In this document: in pieces, positions 51,060-61,645 of the stretch | How the letters are laid out: every line of letters begins with the position of its first letter | Position numbering within the stretch: the stretch's first letter is position 1 | Assembly: GCF_011045215.1 (NCBI RefSeq) | Contig: NZ_CP049202.1 | Strand: one strand, 5' to 3' | Length of the DNA: 64,000 nt | DNA from: Escherichia coli | GTDB lineage: Bacteria; Pseudomonadota; Gammaproteobacteria; Enterobacterales; Enterobacteriaceae | The notes under the pieces: generated by a model | Databases searched by the model: none | What the model was told of the DNA's origin: nothing | What the model saw: the letters and a program-made list of their open reading frames with translations, nothing else | Made by a program: the position numbers and the translations under genes

Positions 51060-53902
51060 AATGGTCCCTTCAGTTGATTCTTTTTCTCATCAATCATTTT
51101 TTTCACAGTCTCTTCTGATGGCTCAGGTATTATCTTTTGACTTTCTCGCTCTTCATTATATTTATTATTCTGAGATAATGCTTCTGTTTTATGGTGATTT
51201 TGTAGTTCAGAATACTGTTTTCTTACAATATTTTCCTCGCCTCGGATGCTGTTCTGAGTATCTCCGATATTACCTCGATATTCTGTGACCATATTATCAA
51301 CCTGATGTTTTACATCATCACGGATATTACTGTCCTGCGTTCTTTGATCAATAATGGCCTGATGCCCCTGATGGTCAGCAATAATATCCTGGCTGCCACC
51401 ACCCGAAGGTACGCTCTCCATTCCTTTACCAATATCGCCACGGGATTCACGCCAGGCATTATCAACACCAGGCTGTATCTGTTCCTGCACAAAAGACCAG
51501 GCCATCGCCCGACGGCGTTCTGCAATCTCCGGCGAACTGGTATTTGTCAGAATAGCTTCGGCATCCTGCGGTGCGTGTTTCATCACATACTGTGCAAACT
51601 GTTGCGACAAATCTTCACTCATCTGCCCACTCATGCTTTCAGTACGGGATGCCATTTCAGCATATTCATGGCTGCGGGTCATATTCGTCGTGTACTGGTC
51701 GTAACTCTGTTTCGCTGAGTTCAGGGCTGCAGACAGCTGGTCCACACGGGAATCGGCATTATTGTCAGTATGGCTGCCGGACTCACTGACTTTGCGACTG
51801 GTAAAGTAATCGCTGGCCTCTTTAAAGTCCTTACTGGCTTTAGCATCGATATCATGTCGAGCATCATGGGTAGCCCTGCTGCCACTACTTGCAGAATGTG
51901 AATCATCATCCGTTCGATCAAGACTTCCCTTAAATCCGCCTCTGACACCAACTCCACCACCAACCCCAAGAATTTTAGGTTTAATCCCCCATTCAGCATG
52001 AGCATCTGCATATCCGCCATACGAGAACTTAGAACCTGTTGATGCCAGTTCCTGAGTCGCCTGCTCATTACTGATATTATGCGCTTTCGCATAGCTTTCC
52101 ACTGCACTGCGCATACGGCTGGCCATCATGGAGTCCTGTGCGCTCATCGTGCTGTCAGCGCCACCGGTGACAGAATCACTGCTCCCCCGGTTAGAACCAA
52201 ACTGACTGAGCGTATTCCAGGCACTGGCAATACTGCTGCTGAACCCATGCAGGGCGCTTTCTGCTCTGTTCGATGCCTCCCGGGCCATTTCCTGTTGTGC
52301 CGCCGCAATCTGACGCGTTGCATTGATACCGACCGGTAAACGGGACATCGCTCCGCTTGCATCCATAACCATATTACCGTCACGGGTCTGTGTGGCGGTT
52401 GCGCCACTGCCGGTCTGGTACATCATCTGACCAAACGACGTGGTGCTGTTGGTGCTCCAGCTGAAGCCGTTCACGTTTTCCGTCTGCATGTTGCCGTAGG
52501 AGTAATTACCGTCAACCACACTGCCTGCTGCACTGGCCGTCGGACTGATAGATGAAGAGGCGAAGTGGCTGTACACACTGGAAAAACCTGCGCCAAGGCC
52601 TTTTACCATCATCCATGACAACGGGGGTATCATGACAGATATATATCCGGCAGTGGACGCCAGGTCGGAGTATTTCAGCTGTATCTGAGAGAGTTCAGAG
52701 AGCACGACCGGTGCACCATTCTGCTTTGCATAGAATGTCATGGCACTGTTCAGAATGGCATACAGCAACGGCCAGGTCTGGAACCACATCAGGGCAAACA
52801 CATAGCCCTTCAGTACAGACAGCGTTAACCTGTTGAAGACCGCCGCCAGTACCAGGAGCGGGAAGATACCAATGGTAATGCCCACCAGAATGGTCTGCAC
52901 CATCGGCAGGTTTCGCATCAGCACATGACCAATGGAGACATGTGCCAGACGCTGTTTCTCCATCGACGAGGTCGTGGCCAGACTGACCAGGCTGGCGGTA
53001 TCACCGTTACGGGCTGCATTACTGGTGATACCCTCTTTCAGGGCATTCATGGTGACGTTCTGGCGCATAATATGGCTGGCAGACTGGCTGGAGCCGTAGA
53101 AATAACTGTAACTGTCACTCACCAGTTGCCTGAATAACAGGTCCGGGTCCGGTCTGCCGCCAAATATCTGCTGGACATAATAATGCCAGGTCTTGCCTCC
53201 GGTATTCGTATCAAAATTCAGCTTATCCTTCAGTCCGACGGATGCGTCCTTACAGGACACAAACGGCTCTGAACTGTGCAGAAAACTGTAATTATTATTC
53301 GGCACCTGACGTAAAGGGCTGGGCTGAGAAAAGATTATGGTGTACGGGTCAGAGGAGGCCATCAGGTCTTCCAGCGTGTATTTGTGATTCAGGTAAATAT
53401 CACCCAGCACGCAGTTCTGGACGTAGTCCTGAAACAGATTGATGATTTCCGGATTCCGGGACAGAAAATCGGTGCTTTTCACAATCAGGTTCGCCCCGAA
53501 CAGCATGCCTGTCTTGCTGTAGGTGGCGCTGTCAGGCTGAGCGAACACCATCTCATAGCCGGCCACCATTGCATGCCCGATACGGGTCGTCAGTGAAAGT
53601 GGCATCGCCAGTCCGACCGGCACATTATCCACCCGATGGACTTTGACCAGGTCACTGTTATCAATAATCTGCACCGACGTGCGGACATTAACCAGCAGGC
53701 TGATAAGCACAAACACGGCCACCCAGCCCAGCAAATCCATCACGTTGTGCCGCTGTACCCATATCACGGCCACCGCGAGAACAGACAATGTGAGCGCAAT
53801 TTTTTCAATGGAATCCCACGTCCTGGTTCCCATAAAGGCGGCAATGGCGTTCAGGTTATTCCGCAACCATTCACCACCGGCAATCACATAAACTTCATTC
53901 AC
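51056..53902 (-). CDS. traG: TraG mating-pair stabilisation / pilus assembly protein
   Basis: 948 aa; MNEVYVIAGGEWLRN... N-terminus; F-type position and length. Confidence 0.9.
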   Translation of the reverse strand: MNEVYVIAGGEWLRNNLNAIAAFMGTRTWDSIEKIALTLSVLAVAVIWVQRHNVMDLLGWVAVFVLISLLVNVRTSVQIIDNSDLVKVHRVDNVPVGLAMPLSLTTRIGHAMVAGYEMVFAQPDSATYSKTGMLFGANLIVKSTDFLSRNPEIINLFQDYVQNCVLGDIYLNHKYTLEDLMASSDPYTIIFSQPSPLRQVPNNNYSFLHSSEPFVSCKDASVGLKDKLNFDTNTGGKTWHYYVQQIFGGRPDPDLLFRQLVSDSYSYFYGSSQSASHIMRQNVTMNALKEGITSNAARNGDTASLVSLATTSSMEKQRLAHVSIGHVLMRNLPMVQTILVGITIGIFPLLVLAAVFNRLTLSVLKGYVFALMWFQTWPLLYAILNSAMTFYAKQNGAPVVLSELSQIQLKYSDLASTAGYISVMIPPLSWMMVKGLGAGFSSVYSHFASSSISPTASAAGSVVDGNYSYGNMQTENVNGFSWSTNSTTSFGQMMYQTGSGATATQTRDGNMVMDASGAMSRLPVGINATRQIAAAQQEMAREASNRAESALHGFSSSIASAWNTLSQFGSNRGSSDSVTGGADSTMSAQDSMMASRMRSAVESYAKAHNISNEQATQELASTGSKFSYGGYADAHAEWGIKPKILGVGGGVGVRGGFKGSLDRTDDDSHSASSGSRATHDARHDIDAKASKDFKEASDYFTSRKVSESGSHTDNNADSRVDQLSAALNSAKQSYDQYTTNMTRSHEYAEMASRTESMSGQMSEDLSQQFAQYVMKHAPQDAEAILTNTSSPEIAERRRAMAWSFVQEQIQPGVDNAWRESRGDIGKGMESVPSGGGSQDIIADHQGHQAIIDQRTQDSNIRDDVKHQVDNMVTEYRGNIGDTQNSIRGEENIVRKQYSELQNHHKTEALSQNNKYNEERESQKIIPEPSEETVKKMIDEKKNQLKGPL

Positions 53903-55275
53903 AGCGTGCTCCCTCCGAAGTGATAGTTGTTCTGGTAACGACTGAGCATGCGGGCGGAAAGCTGCTGACGCATATAGCTCATCTGACGATCGACAACCAG
54001 CAGCGCATCCTGCTGTACCTGCACCTGTGACTGAAACGCCGCAATCTGCCGGGTGGCATCATTCATGTTGTCGTTAATATGCTCGATAACCGCTTCGTCA
54101 TAATTTCCCGTGGCCACCATCGCCCGGGCCTGCTGTATCAGCTCCTGAATGTACTGCAGCAGGATGTCGTAACCGATATAGTCCGTCAGCTGGTAAATCA
54201 TGCTGTTGGAAACACCGAGCATCTGCGGGTCAACCAGGTATTTGAAGACGGGGATGGTGGTACTGGAAATAAAGCCTTTTTCCTTGTCATCCAGAGGTGT
54301 GTCACTGACCGCCTTGTTCTGAATGCTGGCCAGAAGTTTAGTAATCTGAGACTTCAGTGCATTATCCCGGCTGATGGTCACCGGTGTGTCAGCCACCACT
54401 TTCAGGCATTTATCAGAATCGTTGCAGTGATAAATTTTTGCTGTGCCGCCTTCCATCATGGCCCGGATAATTGAGCGGTCAGTGGTTCTGGCCGACAGCG
54501 GTGTGATTTCGCCGTTGGGACCAAACACCAGTGAGCCGGTCAGCGTCATCACAAACTCTTTCAGCTCTTTGTTGCCGTCAAACATTCTGTTTTTGGAAAG
54601 CGCATTCCACATGATGTTGATGTTTTTGGTCACCCGCTCCTTATCCTTGTCGCCGGCTTTATCCCTGACGCTGTCAGATTTCCCGCCAACGGTACATCCC
54701 TGCCGGGAAGCCGCCCAGTCAGCAAAAATATTGCTCTCACCGGCAATGTCCTGACAGACTTTCTGCTGGGACACCTGCGTCCGGGGGAAAAGCCCGCCGA
54801 TAATCCCCTGTGCAGCCTGGCAGGAACTGAGGTTCATACTGTTAATGTCGCTTGCCATTTTCTGCAGGAAGTCTTTTGCAGTTTTGATTTCCGGCACCGT
54901 TGTCTGCAGGGCAAGGTCAAAAAAGTAACCGGCAGCATTGCTCATAATCTGCTTAACAAAACGCTGCAACTGCTCACCATTGATGTAACTGAACGAACCG
55001 AGATAGGCGTCAATGCCGCCACATCCGGCATTGATATCCGGCAGCGTCATGGAAATCAGCTGAACATTTTTGACCTGAGTACGGGCATACAGGGAGCCAC
55101 CGTAAGCATAGCCGGCGGCCTGCCCCTGCCAGACGCCCGGCTGTGTGGTATTGGAAGCAAACCCCAGCTTGTTAAAGAACTGATTCATGTCGCTGTTCAC
55201 ATCCGCTGACGCTGCGGGTGTGACCGTCAGTAAAGCGGCACAAAGAACCAGAAGAGGTTTAATGCGTGGCATCAT
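53899..55275 (-). CDS. traH: TraH pilus assembly protein
   Basis: 458 aa with signal peptide; position upstream of traG. Confidence 0.9.
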   Translation of the reverse strand: MMPRIKPLLVLCAALLTVTPAASADVNSDMNQFFNKLGFASNTTQPGVWQGQAAGYAYGGSLYARTQVKNVQLISMTLPDINAGCGGIDAYLGSFSYINGEQLQRFVKQIMSNAAGYFFDLALQTTVPEIKTAKDFLQKMASDINSMNLSSCQAAQGIIGGLFPRTQVSQQKVCQDIAGESNIFADWAASRQGCTVGGKSDSVRDKAGDKDKERVTKNINIMWNALSKNRMFDGNKELKEFVMTLTGSLVFGPNGEITPLSARTTDRSIIRAMMEGGTAKIYHCNDSDKCLKVVADTPVTISRDNALKSQITKLLASIQNKAVSDTPLDDKEKGFISSTTIPVFKYLVDPQMLGVSNSMIYQLTDYIGYDILLQYIQELIQQARAMVATGNYDEAVIEHINDNMNDATRQIAAFQSQVQVQQDALLVVDRQMSYMRQQLSARMLSRYQNNYHFGGSTL

Positions 55276-55684
55276 TCTCGCCCTCCCTTAATTTGTTCTC
55301 CCGGCGCATACGGCGTTTCAGCAGGAATATCCGGACACCCCCGAATATTATTTCGCACAACGGCAACAGAGAAGCCGCAGCAAGAAAACCAGCTGCAAGC
55401 GCATATAACATAATCGGAATGACATACATCAGGATGTTCCACATATAACGAAAATTATTTAATTCCGGGTCAGCTTTCCACGAATCAATACCGGCACTGA
55501 AAAAATCATGCATAACGTTCCTTACAATCAATCCGGCAACAAAGAAAACCACAAAAAGCCAGAAATATTTTTTTGCATTATCACAGCTGCGCTCAATACC
55601 CCGCTTAATTTTTCTGATTTTGAATTCCTGATTCTTTTTGTTTTCTTTCATTATAAGTTTCCTCTGATATTTCTGATAATTCAT
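55259..55684 (-). CDS. trbF: TrbF (start codon uncertain)
   Basis: Small membrane protein at the F trbF position. Confidence 0.55.
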   Translation of the reverse strand: MNYQKYQRKLIMKENKKNQEFKIRKIKRGIERSCDNAKKYFWLFVVFFVAGLIVRNVMHDFFSAGIDSWKADPELNNFRYMWNILMYVIPIMLYALAAGFLAAASLLPLCEIIFGGVRIFLLKRRMRRENKLREGENDATH

Positions 55685-55901
55685 TCAGACCGGTCATGCG
55701 GCTGTAATATATTTCAGACACCGAAATCCATCCCACAATTGCCCCCACAAAAAACACAACAGAAACAGAAAAGGTAAGACACAGCGAAACGACAATTTCT
55801 ACAGGGCTGGCGGGATAAAAAAGCCCCTGACGGATAAAGGGGATATTCAGGCTGACGATTATTCCTGTCGCGATGCCGGATATTCCGGCAATGAGTAACA
55901 T
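55605..55901 (-). CDS. trbJ: TrbJ (start codon uncertain)
   Basis: About 98-aa membrane protein between trbB and trbF, assigned by synteny. Confidence 0.45.
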   Translation of the reverse strand: MLLIAGISGIATGIIVSLNIPFIRQGLFYPASPVEIVVSLCLTFSVSVVFFVGAIVGWISVSEIYYSRMTGLNELSEISEETYNERKQKESGIQNQKN

Positions 55902-55908
55902 CACCTGC

Positions 55909-56454
55909 TTATTTCGCACCTTTTTTCCCTCCGTACATCTGCAGAACGGTATCCATCCGCGCCATAAAACCAGCGGCATCCGTTGCCCCCTGTAAAAGCG
56001 GTAATGCCTCAAGCGTGTTGACGTTGACCAGGAAGGTGGTCGGTGTGGCCACCGGGATATTCGGGAAGAAGGTCTGCATTACGTCAGGTGGTGCCGGTAA
56101 TGCCTCCGGAAAAGCCGAATCCCCCTGACCATCCAGGGTGTAGGGAAAAACGGAAAAACCGTACTGTTGTGCCAGCTGTTTCAGCACCGGGTCAAACTGG
56201 TGACAGTAAGGGCAATGTCCCTGCATAAACAGCACCACCTTCCAGTCGGCCAGGTTAACCTGCCTGCCGTTGCTGAGGCGGAACCAGCGGGGAGCCGTTT
56301 TTTCTGTTCTGGCTGACGTACCTGCTGCTGGTTGTGCTGGCTGCGCGGCCATACCCTGCGGATTCCAGAGTCGTTCAATTTCATCCCGGGTGGAGGCCCG
56401 CACACCTGTGGCCATTATCAACAGAATGACCGGCAGTAATTTAGTGAGAGACAT
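55909..56454 (-). CDS. trbB: TrbB periplasmic thioredoxin-like disulfide isomerase
   Basis: 181 aa, signal peptide, CPYC active-site motif. Confidence 0.8.
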   Translation of the reverse strand: MSLTKLLPVILLIMATGVRASTRDEIERLWNPQGMAAQPAQPAAGTSARTEKTAPRWFRLSNGRQVNLADWKVVLFMQGHCPYCHQFDPVLKQLAQQYGFSVFPYTLDGQGDSAFPEALPAPPDVMQTFFPNIPVATPTTFLVNVNTLEALPLLQGATDAAGFMARMDTVLQMYGGKKGAK

Positions 56455-56725
56455 GTCCGCCCTCCTGCTGCCCTTCCATCATGGCCTGTTGCCTGGCTTC
56501 CAGTGCCTCACGCTCTTCCCGGCTGACACGTGCAATCCATGCATCCAGCACCTGGTATGCGCCGAACAACACAAGGATGGCCGCAATCAACTCCGCCAGA
56601 AAAAAAGCCATCCAGGGTTTGCTGTAAACAAGACGGGCGACGATATGAAACCAGACACCCAGGGAAAATACCCACATTCCCGTAATATCAAGCCGGGGTA
56701 AAGAGAATCTGCGTTTACCTATCAT
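56441..56725 (-). CDS. traQ: TraQ pilin chaperone
   Basis: 94 aa membrane protein at the F traQ position. Confidence 0.7.
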   Translation of the reverse strand: MIGKRRFSLPRLDITGMWVFSLGVWFHIVARLVYSKPWMAFFLAELIAAILVLFGAYQVLDAWIARVSREEREALEARQQAMMEGQQEGGHVSH

Positions 56726-56805
56726 GTTAAACTCCGGTTATTATTTACATGAGAGTATTTATGTCTGTAATATTCGCGTTTGTGTGATATTAATCAGAGG
56801 TACAA

Positions 56806-57120
56806 ATGGAAAAGCGATCTTTTAAAGAAAAACTGGAAATAATCAGAAACATAATAAGAGAGTCGTTACTGGGAAATGCGGCAATTATTGCGCTGATATA
56901 TGCAGCATCACATTCATTACCGGTCAATGCCTTCCCTGACTATCTTGTAATAAGTTTATTAAGTATCGCAGCAGGCATCGTTGTATTATGGTTATTTTCA
57001 ATTATCTATATTTATTTTTGTGAGCTATTCAGAAGCCACTGGATTGCGGTATGGTTTATCATATGGTCTTCAGTAATCAACCTCATTATTTTGTATGGTT
57101 TTTATGACCGTTTTATATGA
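56806..57120 (+). CDS. artA: ArtA, antisense-strand membrane protein inside the tra operon
   Basis: 104 aa hydrophobic ORF on the opposite strand between traQ and trbA, as in F. Confidence 0.55.
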   Translation: MEKRSFKEKLEIIRNIIRESLLGNAAIIALIYAASHSLPVNAFPDYLVISLLSIAAGIVVLWLFSIIYIYFCELFRSHWIAVWFIIWSSVINLIILYGFYDRFI

Positions 57121-57121
57121 C

Positions 57122-57469
57122 TTAGCCTGTCATAAGCCCCCTTATAAAAAACCACATCACTCCGGACCATACCGATGACAACATAATACAGATAAATATT
57201 CTTCTGAACCTGTCGAAGCTCGTAACGTCCGGTAATGCGGCCGCAACTATTGAAACAACCATTGCTGCGCCCTGATTCATAATTGCACCACACAGAAACC
57301 AGAGACTGGCGGTAAGCACATATAAACACGCAATATTAATAACAAGGAAAACCAGTGAGCTCAGGAGAAACATTTTCCTGTCATTACGCTCAGAAAAGAA
57401 ATAACCGGCAATAATGACAAATATTAACAGAACAACACCTGTAAACATTTTCAAATAATCTTCACTCAT
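57122..57469 (-). CDS. trbA: TrbA
   Basis: 115 aa membrane protein at the F trbA position. Confidence 0.6.
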   Translation of the reverse strand: MSEDYLKMFTGVVLLIFVIIAGYFFSERNDRKMFLLSSLVFLVINIACLYVLTASLWFLCGAIMNQGAAMVVSIVAAALPDVTSFDRFRRIFICIMLSSVWSGVMWFFIRGLMTG

Positions 57470-57484
57470 AAATCAAATCCGCGA

Positions 57485-58228
57485 TTAAAAATTGGGTTTA
57501 AAATCTTCAGAAACGTTCAGGAACTGTTTTGCCAGGTCGTCCTGCGAAATAAAGCCGTATGATAACGGGCGAACACTGCCCTGTTTCGGGTCAACCAGCA
57601 TCATGGCCGGGAAATATTTCACGCCGAGGCGCTGCGCCTGCCCCTGGTCAGTCCGGGAATCCGGCAACAGCGGATTAATCACGCCATCCACGGAAACGGG
57701 AATAACACTCAGACCATACGTATCCCGGAAGCCATTAATGACCTGCGCCAGCTGCCCGTCGATAGGGTCCTGACCCCGGTAAAAAAACATGATGCCGTAA
57801 TGCTCTGCCAGTCTGGCAATAGCCTGTCGCTGCTGCGCCTGGTCTGCCGCCAGCTGGTTCCGGACCGTGCCGTTGTAATGGCTGTACTGCAGGTTATAGT
57901 CCAGTTCGGGATGCGCCAGCATGGCCTTTCTGGCGCTCATGGTGAAAAGCCCGGCCTGCTGAGTCCAGTAATTCTGCAGCCGGAAATATTTCACAAAATT
58001 ATCCACGCCGGGATACAGAATGGCTTCGTACAGCGCCCGCTTTGTTGCCGTCTGCAGCGCGGCCAGTTTCTGCATAATATCCGGCTCCTGACGGGGGGCT
58101 GCAGGTACAGGTTTATTTTCTTTTTCCTTTGGACTTATTTTCTCGTTATACCACTGCCAGCCTGCATCTTTCCCTGACGCCGGAAAAATAAAGCAGCAGA
58201 GTAACAGTGGCAGTAATGCTTTATTCAT
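57485..58228 (-). CDS. traF: TraF pilus assembly protein (thioredoxin-like fold)
   Basis: Start at internal ATG giving 247 aa with signal peptide (MNKALLPLLLCCFIFPASG). Confidence 0.85.
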   Translation of the reverse strand: MNKALLPLLLCCFIFPASGKDAGWQWYNEKISPKEKENKPVPAAPRQEPDIMQKLAALQTATKRALYEAILYPGVDNFVKYFRLQNYWTQQAGLFTMSARKAMLAHPELDYNLQYSHYNGTVRNQLAADQAQQRQAIARLAEHYGIMFFYRGQDPIDGQLAQVINGFRDTYGLSVIPVSVDGVINPLLPDSRTDQGQAQRLGVKYFPAMMLVDPKQGSVRPLSYGFISQDDLAKQFLNVSEDFKPNF

Positions 58229-58481
58229 CTTCATTCCTTTCATCATTTTTTCTTTCATCAGCTTTCTGCAGGCCAGTCAGGGCAGAAAAACAAAAATACA
58301 GAATAAACAGGAGCACACCGGAGTAAAGGATAACGAAAGCAGCGGCAAGCATCCCGTCTGCCGTGGTTTCTTTTACCGTATCCCACGACCAGATAATTAC
58401 CGGGGAAATGACAATCGCTGTAATCAAAAGCCGGATAAGAAAATCAATAAAACGGTTCGACGTGAATATGACTTTCATCAT
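58221..58481 (-). CDS. trbE: TrbE
   Basis: 86 aa membrane protein between traN and traF. Confidence 0.6.
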   Translation of the reverse strand: MMKVIFTSNRFIDFLIRLLITAIVISPVIIWSWDTVKETTADGMLAAAFVILYSGVLLFILYFCFSALTGLQKADERKNDERNEDE

Positions 58482-58504
58482 TTTCCCCGGTTATTTTCCA
58501 TACC

Positions 58505-60379
58505 TTACAGTCCTGCCTGTTTCAGCTGGTCAGCAATCTGCTCTTTCACTTTCTGCGTCAGAACACCACTGTCCGGGATTTTCTGGTTATTCATCAGGTC
58601 TTCGTAGAAGTTAGTGAAATCCAGTCTGTCGAACTGAATTTTCTGCAGCTCATCAACCGTAATCCCCCGACAGTCAGGATGCTTCGCACTGCCAAAACTG
58701 ATACGCAACTGACCGTTGCGCCCCTGCTGCTGGACTATCTGCGCCAGCTTCGAATCAAACTGACAGTAGCTGCGTTTTTTCTCCAGACAGACGCCCAGCA
58801 CTTTCTTCGAACAGAACTCCCCGACGCTGACGGTCAGTTTGTTTGATTTTTCTTTAGCCAGGGCTTTTTCATCACTGCTGCATTTGGCCAGCCCGATATC
58901 CTGTCCCCAGCCGCTGTCCTTACAGCAGTTGCTGTATCCGGCTGCTGCCTTCTTACAAAATTTCGCCTGACCGGTGAAAGCACGGACATCCACCCCGTTC
59001 AGCGCCGCAATATCCTTACCTGCAGCGGCCAGTGCCGCCAGCTGAGAAACAGCTTCGGCAAAATCATTACTCTGCCCGCTCTGAGCCTTATCGCATTCGC
59101 CATCGAGACAGAAGACGTCTCCCCCACAGAGCATCACTTTCCCGGATGTTTTTGACTCACAGGAGTACGTGGCATATTCATGCAGACAGGCACCTTCTTC
59201 GGAGTAAAAGGCGCACTGGTGTGACACCAGGGTACAGGCTGGATTGTCGGTGTAGGTCTGACAGGTTCCCTTGTCTGCTGACTGTGTGACATACGTGTCC
59301 CGGTATGCCCAGCAGCTCTGGTACATGCTGTATGACTGACCGTCTTTCACCAGCGTCCTGTTCCCGCCAGCCTCCGTACATTCTGTTTTTGTCAGTTTCC
59401 CCAGCTCCTTGCTGAACGGGCAGCTTTCAGACCAGACAACATACGGGGTGTACGAGGCTTTTTTTACCCTGACAACCAGACGCAGCTTCATTGCCGTATG
59501 ACGTTTGAATTTTGTATTCCCGACCCGGACGGGGTGAGATGACGTAAAAGCCACACCGGCAGTCAGTGTTTTCTGTACTGGTGTAAATGAGGCATCTGCT
59601 GAGTATTTGGCATTCCAGCTCAGTGGGGTTCCCAGTACTGTAATTGTCATAGGTACACTCTTCTGCAGGTAAGTACGACTCCAGCTGTAATGCGCATCGA
59701 CAATTTCACCGGTAACGGGAGAGGTAATGGAGACAACATACTGACCATTCACTTCACGTGCAGGTAGCTGACTCATTTCATACTCCAGCGTCCGGGTTTC
59801 CCATGTGGTACTCCCCTGCAGCTCCATACGGGCAGTTCGTGTGCAGTACTGCTCCACCTGTAAATCCCTCTCACAGGTATAATTCGTGTATTCACTCCGG
59901 CTAATCTCCTGCGCACTGCACTGCTGCCCGGTGTTTCCCACAATGCTGTCAGCCCGGTTCACCACATCCCTGTCGGTCTGGATAAACGGTGCATCCGGTG
60001 AAAGAATGTCTTTCGGCTTGTTCATGAATGACTCTGTGATGGTTTTTCCGGTTTCACCGGTCGCCCATTCCGTGGTGCCGTCATTTTTCAGGCCGCCATC
60101 CCCGCCGGCAGTCACGCCACCGTAATATTTTGTCTCGTCCGGATTCGCGTTATAGCCGGGGATACTCTCCTGTGGCTTAAAGCCCTGAATACTGCTGCTT
60201 CCCTGTCCTTTGATCTGGTGAGCAAAATCAGAGCCGGCCCGGTAATCACTGTTGCTGTCAGCAAACACAGAAAAGCTCAGGAAAAAAACAATTGCACAAA
60301 GATTGCACGGCTTTACGGAATAATTAAAATTCAGAGATCTGAAAAAGGTATTTATCTTTTCTTTCATAACCTGAACCAT
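58505..60379 (-). CDS. traN: TraN outer-membrane mating-pair stabilisation protein
   Basis: 624 aa, signal peptide, Cys-rich C-terminal half. Confidence 0.85.
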   Translation of the reverse strand: MVQVMKEKINTFFRSLNFNYSVKPCNLCAIVFFLSFSVFADSNSDYRAGSDFAHQIKGQGSSSIQGFKPQESIPGYNANPDETKYYGGVTAGGDGGLKNDGTTEWATGETGKTITESFMNKPKDILSPDAPFIQTDRDVVNRADSIVGNTGQQCSAQEISRSEYTNYTCERDLQVEQYCTRTARMELQGSTTWETRTLEYEMSQLPAREVNGQYVVSITSPVTGEIVDAHYSWSRTYLQKSVPMTITVLGTPLSWNAKYSADASFTPVQKTLTAGVAFTSSHPVRVGNTKFKRHTAMKLRLVVRVKKASYTPYVVWSESCPFSKELGKLTKTECTEAGGNRTLVKDGQSYSMYQSCWAYRDTYVTQSADKGTCQTYTDNPACTLVSHQCAFYSEEGACLHEYATYSCESKTSGKVMLCGGDVFCLDGECDKAQSGQSNDFAEAVSQLAALAAAGKDIAALNGVDVRAFTGQAKFCKKAAAGYSNCCKDSGWGQDIGLAKCSSDEKALAKEKSNKLTVSVGEFCSKKVLGVCLEKKRSYCQFDSKLAQIVQQQGRNGQLRISFGSAKHPDCRGITVDELQKIQFDRLDFTNFYEDLMNNQKIPDSGVLTQKVKEQIADQLKQAGL

Positions 60380-60395
60380 ACTGGAGAATGAAGTG

Positions 60396-60614
60396 ATGTC
60401 ATCTCAACTTCAGAACTGTGTTGATTGTGGTAAAGCATTAAGTCGAACAGCCACAACGTGCGGGAATTGCAGCTCAACGGACCCTTTTGGAAAAAAACGG
60501 CGCAGTGATCGCTTTTACCAGTGGTTTGTAGGGCTGTTTATTACGGCTATTATTATTGCTGGCGGATTATGGTACATGGGGCTTCTTGACGTACCGGGAT
60601 TACTACTCAGATAA
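60396..60614 (+). CDS. hypothetical zinc-ribbon membrane protein on the strand opposite to the tra operon
   Basis: ATG 60396 with GGAG Shine-Dalgarno; CVDCGK...CGNC zinc-ribbon pair then one transmembrane helix. Confidence 0.4.
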   Translation: MSSQLQNCVDCGKALSRTATTCGNCSSTDPFGKKRRSDRFYQWFVGLFITAIIIAGGLWYMGLLDVPGLLLR

Positions 60615-60983
60615 CGACTTCAGTAACGATATCAGTGTTCTGAAATCGGCACATAACGAGTGACGACAATACCGGTTATACCAGTAATGAGGGGTGTCGG
60701 GCTGAAGCCTGAAACAGAGCTGAAACTCACTGTTAAAAGCCCCCTTCACCGACCATCCCCATGCCAGACGTGGTATTGCTGATTCAGCATCCTGCCGCAG
60801 TCGCTGCTCAAGAAGGGCAGCCATTTTTACCGGACAGGCAAAGGCAATATAAGGAGGCAGCTTTGTAACAGGGAAACCATGTCCCTGACAGGAAGCATAT
60901 GTGCGGAAGCCGTGAATGTTCATCGCGGCCACCAGGGCACGGATCTCCGGATCAATCTGATAATACCCGGCAGGTAAAGTCAT
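60603..60983 (-). CDS. hypothetical protein between trbC and traN
   Basis: 126 aa ORF with overlapping stop/start couplings to trbC and traN; no family recognised. Confidence 0.4.
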   Translation of the reverse strand: MTLPAGYYQIDPEIRALVAAMNIHGFRTYASCQGHGFPVTKLPPYIAFACPVKMAALLEQRLRQDAESAIPRLAWGWSVKGAFNSEFQLCFRLQPDTPHYWYNRYCRHSLCADFRTLISLLKSLSE

Positions 60984-61618
60984 TTTTGTTTATCTCCCGG
61001 GTTATTCAGCAACGCCCGAGCCACCTGCCGGCAGTCCCCCGTGGCGGCCACTTTCTCCAGCGCCTGGCCGACCCGCAGGTTCCCCCGGATAATGTCGTAT
61101 CCCTGACTGCAGAACACCACCAGTGCCGGTACACTGCGAATGCCGTACTGTGAAAACAGCGTCGGGTCGATCTGAACACCATCAGTCGCGCCGTCTTTCA
61201 CCAGGGACAGCACGGCTTCAGCGGTGGTCTTCAGGTCATTGTTCACCATGCCCCGCAGTGTGGCGGGTATACCGTAGTGCCGGGTTTCGCCCAGCATCCG
61301 TTTCAGCCCCTCTTCGGGAATGGAAAACGACACAAAATACAGGGCACCCTGCCGGGGTTTCCCGTCCTGCGAAGCCTGCTGTTTACGAACCAGCTCATCC
61401 AGAAAATGGTTATCTGAACGCTGAAGGGGGTTTTCCAGCACCAGTTTCTCCGCCCAGGCCTTCAGCTGATGGTCAGGTTTTTCACGCAGTTGTCTGCTTA
61501 AATTTTCCTGCTGCTTCAGGAACTGGCGGTTTTCAGGAGTGTTCACATTTTCTGAGGCATGAACAGTGATATGCATCCCTGCAGTCAGGGCAAAAAGCGC
61601 AAATATTTTCCAGTTCAT
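60980..61618 (-). CDS. trbC: TrbC periplasmic pilus assembly protein
   Basis: Start at internal ATG giving 212 aa with signal peptide (MNWKIFALFALTAGMHITVHA). Confidence 0.85.
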   Translation of the reverse strand: MNWKIFALFALTAGMHITVHASENVNTPENRQFLKQQENLSRQLREKPDHQLKAWAEKLVLENPLQRSDNHFLDELVRKQQASQDGKPRQGALYFVSFSIPEEGLKRMLGETRHYGIPATLRGMVNNDLKTTAEAVLSLVKDGATDGVQIDPTLFSQYGIRSVPALVVFCSQGYDIIRGNLRVGQALEKVAATGDCRQVARALLNNPGDKQK

Positions 61619-61645
61619 GATATATCCTGATGGCATTATTACAAT

